Positions 59,087 to 64,000 of a DNA stretch of 64,000 nt are shown piece by piece (position 1 is the stretch's first letter; each line of letters opens with the position of its first letter). The translations under genes were made by a program, and so were the position numbers. The stretch comes from Patescibacteria group bacterium (lineage in GTDB: Bacteria; Patescibacteriota; Patescibacteriia; UBA9570): the NCBI GenBank assembly GCA_041665365.1, contig JBAYIY010000006.1, positions 19,602 through 83,601 on the forward strand, read 5' to 3'. The notes under the pieces are model-generated. The model did not search any database. It worked only from the letters and a program-made list of their open reading frames with translations, and had not been told where the DNA came from.

Positions 59087-59889
59087 TTTAGTTTGGCACA
59101 GATTGTATCAGGTTTCGCACACGTTACCGTAGTATTAAAATCGTACTTAGTATTACTTTTTACTGTAGTTGCATCAACACAGTCATATCCTGTATGACCT
59201 TCAAGGACAAATTGTTGACAACCATCTATACAAGCACATTGATTCTTCGTATTTTTAGTGGAATCTTTAATCAGACTCATATCGGTTGTATCTTCACCGC
59301 TACATTTTACATCGGCTGTTGTATTAGCACGCCAACAATAACAAGTTGGATCTTTTATATTTTTACATGTGCCTATGCTGCACTTATCACTAATATTATG
59401 AGTCATACACTGTGCCGGTGCTGGTGGATTGCAGGCGCCAAGATCCCACCAGTTGTTACTGAATACTTTGGTGGTGGAAGTCCCGCCGGATAGGGCGGCA
59501 GCGCGGACAATAATATTAACTGCCAACCAGGCAATAAACACAATGGCTAAACCGGTCACCGTACCAATTAATATTTTTTTGCCGGTTTCAACGCGGGTTT
59601 CAACACCGGCTGAAAAAATCAACATGAGTCCACCGGCCACAAACATCAATAAGGCCAAACCTCCCAAGATACTGGCAATCAAGTTAGCGGCATTTACGAA
59701 GACACGAGTGATATCACAAATATCGCAACCACCGGCATCTTGGCATTCTTTTGGAACAATATTTATCCAACTGCTAGGGCTACTGGTGGTAGCGGTAGTC
59801 GGCACTTGAGCTAGAGCTGTCTGAGATAATCCAAAAACAAAAAAAACTGAGCCAGTAACAAGTAAACAGAATCTGGAAAACTTATTCAT
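59083..59889 (-). CDS. Secreted protein with N-terminal pilin-like hairpin module and C-terminal Cys-rich domain (member 10, subfamily 2)
   Basis: ANLIASILGGLALLMFVAGGLMLIFSAGVETRVETGKKILIGTVTGLAIVFIAWLAV, followed by a roughly 130 aa domain with many Cys (CMTHNISDKCSIGTCKNIKDPTCYCW...). Confidence 0.5.
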   Translation of the reverse strand: MNKFSRFCLLVTGSVFFVFGLSQTALAQVPTTATTSSPSSWINIVPKECQDAGGCDICDITRVFVNAANLIASILGGLALLMFVAGGLMLIFSAGVETRVETGKKILIGTVTGLAIVFIAWLAVNIIVRAAALSGGTSTTKVFSNNWWDLGACNPPAPAQCMTHNISDKCSIGTCKNIKDPTCYCWRANTTADVKCSGEDTTDMSLIKDSTKNTKNQCACIDGCQQFVLEGHTGYDCVDATTVKSNTKYDFNTTVTCAKPDTICAKLK

Positions 59890-61252
59890 AGGTTAATTCT
59901 ACCTTACTGGCGGTATTTTCAACAGCGGTGAGAATATCTAATCGGCCAGCGTTAACAATATCAATCATATCGGCAAAAGCCTGCTCGGTTTCGGCTGGTT
60001 TTTTGCCCGCATACCAGCTTTGGGCAGTTAAAGTTTCGTTAGCAAAGACAGCTAGATCAAAATTGTCTTTTTGGCTCTCCAATAAACTGCGTAGAGCGGT
60101 TGGTTTTGGATTTTTATCAAGCATGGCTTTTACATTCGTCTCAGAAGTAGTTAGAGCCTGAATAAAAGCCCAAGATTCATTGGGGTGAGCTGAGTTTACC
60201 GACACAGACTCTAACCAGTAGTTGGCGTAATTAATAGCGGTCAGCGGGTCAGCCGTTACTTGTGGAACCGGAGCGATGCCGATATCAAGTTGATCACCAC
60301 TATTTTTCATGGAGTCTTTATTGTAGTAATAACCAAAGTAATAGACTAATTTACCGGCTAAAAATTGTTCTAAAGCATCGGGCTGATCTTTATTCCAGCT
60401 GTACCAATCAACGGCTGGGTTAGCAAAACTGGTATAAAAATCTACGGCTTGAACACCGGGGGTGACTTCATCATTGCGGTTCTCACCTTGAGCAAATGTC
60501 ACATTAGTTCCCGAACTCATAGTGGCGCCATTTTGCATCATCAAAAGCGAAACAATATCAAACATTCTTGGAACGTTTTCGCTGGTACCCAAAGCTGCGC
60601 CAGCTTGAATAATATTGTCATTGACGTCAGTTAGGGTAAGTTGGGGTACCTGTTTAACGAAATCATCCCAAGTAGTGGCTGGTTGTGGAATATTCGCCGC
60701 ATCTAGTAGTGTTTTGTTGTAGTACAATACCAATGTATCCATACTTAACGGTAAACCATACACTTGACTAGTACCAGTGGCACTAGATTTAACCACATCA
60801 TCGTATACTACTTGTGGGAATAATACGTTTACATCTTGAGCAGTAGTTCCTTTCAATGCTTCACTCGCTACGACGGTATTTTTTTGGCCAAGTGATTGTG
60901 TCACAGTGACGGACGTTAATTTTAATGAGCTAGGCATTGGCGAAATCAGGTTTTGAAATGAGCCAATATGACTATTGGGTACAGAAAACATATCTGGTCC
61001 TTTACCCTGCGCCCACGCCTCGATAAGCTTACCTTCATATTCATCTTGCCGGAAGGTTTTTATTTCAACAGAGATATAAGGATATTTAACAGCAAAAGCA
61101 TCGATGACTGGTTGAATATCTTCACTCGATGTGTAAACTGTCCAGTACTCTAAAGTAAACGGAGCCGGTTGTGTACCAGAACCGCGGCAAACGGCGCCAC
61201 TTGAGATTAACCAAACGCACATTAAACTTAAACCAATCAGCGAGCGTTTCAT
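59882..61252 (-). CDS. ABC transporter extracellular solute-binding protein (family 1, sugar-type), lipoprotein
   Basis: Lipobox-like N-terminus (LISSGAVC), 456 aa, periplasmic binding protein pattern. Confidence 0.65.
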   Translation of the reverse strand: MKRSLIGLSLMCVWLISSGAVCRGSGTQPAPFTLEYWTVYTSSEDIQPVIDAFAVKYPYISVEIKTFRQDEYEGKLIEAWAQGKGPDMFSVPNSHIGSFQNLISPMPSSLKLTSVTVTQSLGQKNTVVASEALKGTTAQDVNVLFPQVVYDDVVKSSATGTSQVYGLPLSMDTLVLYYNKTLLDAANIPQPATTWDDFVKQVPQLTLTDVNDNIIQAGAALGTSENVPRMFDIVSLLMMQNGATMSSGTNVTFAQGENRNDEVTPGVQAVDFYTSFANPAVDWYSWNKDQPDALEQFLAGKLVYYFGYYYNKDSMKNSGDQLDIGIAPVPQVTADPLTAINYANYWLESVSVNSAHPNESWAFIQALTTSETNVKAMLDKNPKPTALRSLLESQKDNFDLAVFANETLTAQSWYAGKKPAETEQAFADMIDIVNAGRLDILTAVENTASKVELTYE

Positions 61253-61254
61253 GG

Positions 61255-62379
61255 TTAATACTGTAGCAAATTTAGCAATTTTTTAAAAGCCGGATGTTGT
61301 TTAGCGGCGTCTAAATCTGCTAAACGTTTAATTGGCCAAAACCGTTGTAACCGGTTAACCAACACATATTGCGATGGCAGATCAACATCACAGGCAAAAC
61401 GTTCGAGTTGAATCACGTTACCCTCAGTGATAGTTTTTTCAGCCAGCACCCAAGGCAGGTCGTTATCAAATTTTAGTAAATCAGATAATGTAAACCAAAA
61501 AGTATTTGTGTTTAGCCAAGGAAGGGCGGCATAATCAAAATCTGGCGGAAATTTCATTTGTTCAACAATGGTCATTTTACCATCTACTAAGCACGGCACA
61601 CCACCTTGATCAGCAGCTGATTTGTCTACTATCTCAACGGTTCGCCCGAGCTGACTTTTAATATGTTGTCCTAGTAGAACAACATCTAATGTAGCAGCAA
61701 TATTATCAATGTTAGAAAAAAATAAATATTTTACATTTGGAATTTGTTCATGTGCTAAATAATCACGCAACAGGTAAACGAAATCACCGTGGCCACAAGG
61801 CGCCCAGGATAATTTTCCTTGTTGGTCAACAAACACATCAATGTCTTCACGCACAGCGGTGTTGGTAAAGCGCGGGATATGTTCTTGCTGCACAACAAAA
61901 TGAATGCGCGTTGGATCAAGCGCAGAATATTTTTTATACAACATGTCTAAATGTTCACGGGTTGGTTGATCAGTTACAAAACTGTTCATGATTACAACCG
62001 GTGGATGACTTGCTAGGTGATGAGTTTTAGTTACTCTTAATAAATCAAGTATCTTTAACTCTAAATAACTAATGTCATCAATTACTGGGCTAACACCCTT
62101 AGCTAGATTTGAACCATATCTGGTAGCGGCGCCGCCGTTTAACCAGAATAATAATAACTCATCATGTTTTAGAGCGGTTATACCAATGTTACTAGAACCA
62201 GCATCATATTGGACAATATTTTTTGGCTCCGGAACCAGTAATTGAGTAGGCGATAACACAAAACTCGTCTGATCTAGTTCACCGGACTGTAGTTTAATAT
62301 GTAAGGCTTTAATGTGAGCCGGATCAACCCCTTTAGTCAGTAATTGTTGTTTAATTTCAGCCTGATCTATATGCAACAT
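61255..62379 (-). CDS. UDPGP-family UTP--sugar-1-phosphate uridylyltransferase-like protein
   Basis: WLNGGAATRYG resembles the LNGGLGT.MG nucleotide-binding loop of eukaryotic-type UDP-sugar pyrophosphorylases. Confidence 0.55.
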   Translation of the reverse strand: MLHIDQAEIKQQLLTKGVDPAHIKALHIKLQSGELDQTSFVLSPTQLLVPEPKNIVQYDAGSSNIGITALKHDELLLFWLNGGAATRYGSNLAKGVSPVIDDISYLELKILDLLRVTKTHHLASHPPVVIMNSFVTDQPTREHLDMLYKKYSALDPTRIHFVVQQEHIPRFTNTAVREDIDVFVDQQGKLSWAPCGHGDFVYLLRDYLAHEQIPNVKYLFFSNIDNIAATLDVVLLGQHIKSQLGRTVEIVDKSAADQGGVPCLVDGKMTIVEQMKFPPDFDYAALPWLNTNTFWFTLSDLLKFDNDLPWVLAEKTITEGNVIQLERFACDVDLPSQYVLVNRLQRFWPIKRLADLDAAKQHPAFKKLLNLLQY

Positions 62380-62425
62380 GCCGCCAATTATACCAAAAGT
62401 AAAATATATAGTATACTATCAGGGT

Positions 62426-62641
62426 ATGCGTAAGATTAGTGCCACTGATAAGGCACAAAAAACAAAAACACTACAACTGGTGCAAGATAATTTTGGAACG
62501 GCCACGGCCAAGTTGTATCGCTCAACTTTTACCGGCTTGCCGATTGATTATTTTGAAAAAGCAGTGGATAAGTTATTAGTAGATCAGCTTGGCTATCAAG
62601 CGGCGTATCATTTAATTCATCAAACTAATAAAAAGCCGTGA
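62426..62641 (+). CDS. Hypothetical small protein
   Basis: ORF in the native AT-rich codon context. Start chosen at the internal Met (MRKISATDK). Confidence 0.3.
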   Translation: MRKISATDKAQKTKTLQLVQDNFGTATAKLYRSTFTGLPIDYFEKAVDKLLVDQLGYQAAYHLIHQTNKKP

Positions 62642-63378
62642 CTTTGCTAAACCGTTTTTTGTCGATTGCTCTCGTTGCCACAGTCGTTGGAACGATTTGG
62701 TCGTATTGGTTATTGTCTTCAGAAACATACTTTACTAATGGGTGGCAAATATTTGTTGGGTTAGCTGCACCAGCCTTAGCCGTGTGTGCTGGCATTTTGG
62801 TTATATCGGTAGTCGGGTTAGATTCCATCCAGGGACGAATCTTAGGTCTAATCGTTGGGGGAACAATGCTGTGGGCTGTTGGAGAATTATTTGGTGGATT
62901 CAACCTGTTTTCATTGTTAGCTTACCCATTAGTTTTAATGGGTTTTTGTCAACAAATACGTTATTTAAAAAATGTTCGTTCTACCGCGACGGGTTTTTTC
63001 ATAACTACTGTGGTGTTAACCGCGATCATTGGCTGGGCAGTAATATATTTAATATTTGTCCCGAATGTAATATTTTGGGGTGGTGTCACCAGCACGGTAA
63101 TAATAATTTTAGAATTAATGTGTGTGACGATTATTTGTGCAGTACGCGGCGGTAAATTATTTTATCCTTGGTTAGCACTCGGTCTGGGTTTTGGACTCAT
63201 TTTTTCAGCCGGTATAGAATCGATTTGTTTAAATGGTGCAGTTTTAGTTGGAGTAAAAGTTTTAGGGTATCTGTTGATTGGTTATGGGTTTAACCAATTC
63301 GTGGTACTAATCTATGCAGCACAAAACTCAGTAAAACTAGCCGGTAAATATAAAGCTAAATTAAAGTCTTTAAAATAG
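62638..63378 (+). CDS. Hypothetical polytopic membrane protein
   Basis: 246 aa with 7 to 8 hydrophobic helices. Confidence 0.4.
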   Translation: MTLLNRFLSIALVATVVGTIWSYWLLSSETYFTNGWQIFVGLAAPALAVCAGILVISVVGLDSIQGRILGLIVGGTMLWAVGELFGGFNLFSLLAYPLVLMGFCQQIRYLKNVRSTATGFFITTVVLTAIIGWAVIYLIFVPNVIFWGGVTSTVIIILELMCVTIICAVRGGKLFYPWLALGLGFGLIFSAGIESICLNGAVLVGVKVLGYLLIGYGFNQFVVLIYAAQNSVKLAGKYKAKLKSLK

Positions 63379-63451
63379 AATGGACTTGATAACTCCATAA
63401 TATAGGGGATTCGGGATGCTTCGGGGAACAGCGCAGTAATCGTACTGCTGC

Positions 63452-63922
63452 TCACCCAGGCGCACCCCATGCTTGCAACCCCTTCAACCGCCGATGCTGA
63501 ATCTTCTCCGTCTTCGTGTTGAAGACAAGAAGCTCTCCATTTTGGAATAAGAAGAACCACTTGCCCTTGAAGAAGTATGCCTCAGCAAGGGTGGTGTTGT
63601 GGAGGACATGTGGTTCACTCCACATGAACCTACCCGGAACCATTTCCACGTACTGGATATAGTTCGTGGGATAGGTGTCGAGCTCGTCCCCATTGAGGGG
63701 GATCCAGTGCCCCACATAGACACAGATCTTCTCGTGATCCATGTAGGGCTCGACGATCATGACCCTAGTTGTATGAACCTTATACAGGAACTTGAGGGTG
63801 TTCAACTCGAACAACCACTCATGATCACAGAGACCCCCCTGCTTGGGCGGGTCGGCGGCCAACACGAAGTTAGGGCAGAAGAACACGAACAGGAACACCA
63901 TGACCGTCATGACGTGACGCAT
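63452..63922 (-). CDS. Hypothetical secreted protein on a compositionally distinct, GC-richer segment
   Basis: 156 aa with signal peptide (MVFLFVFFCPNFVLAA). Codon usage (ttc, aag, gag, ctc) is unlike the rest of the window. Confidence 0.35.
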   Translation of the reverse strand: MRHVMTVMVFLFVFFCPNFVLAADPPKQGGLCDHEWLFELNTLKFLYKVHTTRVMIVEPYMDHEKICVYVGHWIPLNGDELDTYPTNYIQYVEMVPGRFMWSEPHVLHNTTLAEAYFFKGKWFFLFQNGELLVFNTKTEKIQHRRLKGLQAWGAPG

Positions 63923-64000
63923 GTGAATTCTCCGGGTCGTGCGGGTTGAGTAGTGTGCACGACTGACAAGTTTTTAGATGAAAAATGGGTTTTTGTCAAG

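Noticed and set aside
54149-59889. Possibility that the regularly spaced repeated DNA is a CRISPR array or a tandem DNA repeat
   Set aside because: The repetition is at the protein level (divergent paralogous coding modules of about 200 nt with variable flanks), not short identical direct repeats with unique spacers. No cas genes are present.

Overview
The window looks like an AT-rich, small-genome bacterium with CPR/Patescibacteria-like gene content: archaeal-type PEP carboxylase, membrane H+-pyrophosphatase, short YidC, bifunctional PGI/PMI, PilT and many small secreted or TM proteins. It is mostly housekeeping genes and includes the replication-origin neighbourhood rpmH-rnpA-yidD-yidC / dnaA-dnaN-DUF721. 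Other supported genes: trxB, DsbA-like, two GT2, IMPase, MBL hydrolase, nfo, ldh, tig, hppA, nusA, yraN, rnhB, gdh, two aminotransferases, infB-rbfA-nrnA-clpP-rny-ymdB-hup, BrnT/BrnA, tsaE, PBP1A, tyrS, galT, ruvC-yebC, an ABC sugar-binding protein and a UDPGP-family protein. Eight tRNAs sit in three clusters. Features beyond ordinary annotation: (1) a roughly 5.7 kb array of at least 10 paralogous small secreted proteins that share a two-TM hairpin module (motif GGNEEQ-KKAKD), with VirB2/TrbC-pilin-like topology, next to two tandem GT-C-like membrane proteins, a sugar-binding protein and a UDP-sugar pyrophosphorylase; (2) two families of long perfect palindromes dispersed across the window (core GTAGAGAC-N12-GTCTCTAC, and core GTGGACGAATAATATTCGTCCAC), several inserted in-frame inside CDSs or supplying start or stop codons; (3) two IS200/RAYT-like HuH-Y1 transposase paralogs, each carrying a palindrome at the same internal position, one degraded; (4) a roughly 2.4 kb visibly GC-rich island carrying a foreign-looking aminotransferase, bounded by the native palindromes; (5) a roughly 100 bp MITE-like element in inverted copies bracketing a DUF559 endonuclease-like gene; (6) a RimK-type ATP-grasp / retropepsin-like / 7TM operon; (7) a second compositional anomaly at the 3' end. 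No CRISPR array and no rRNA were seen.
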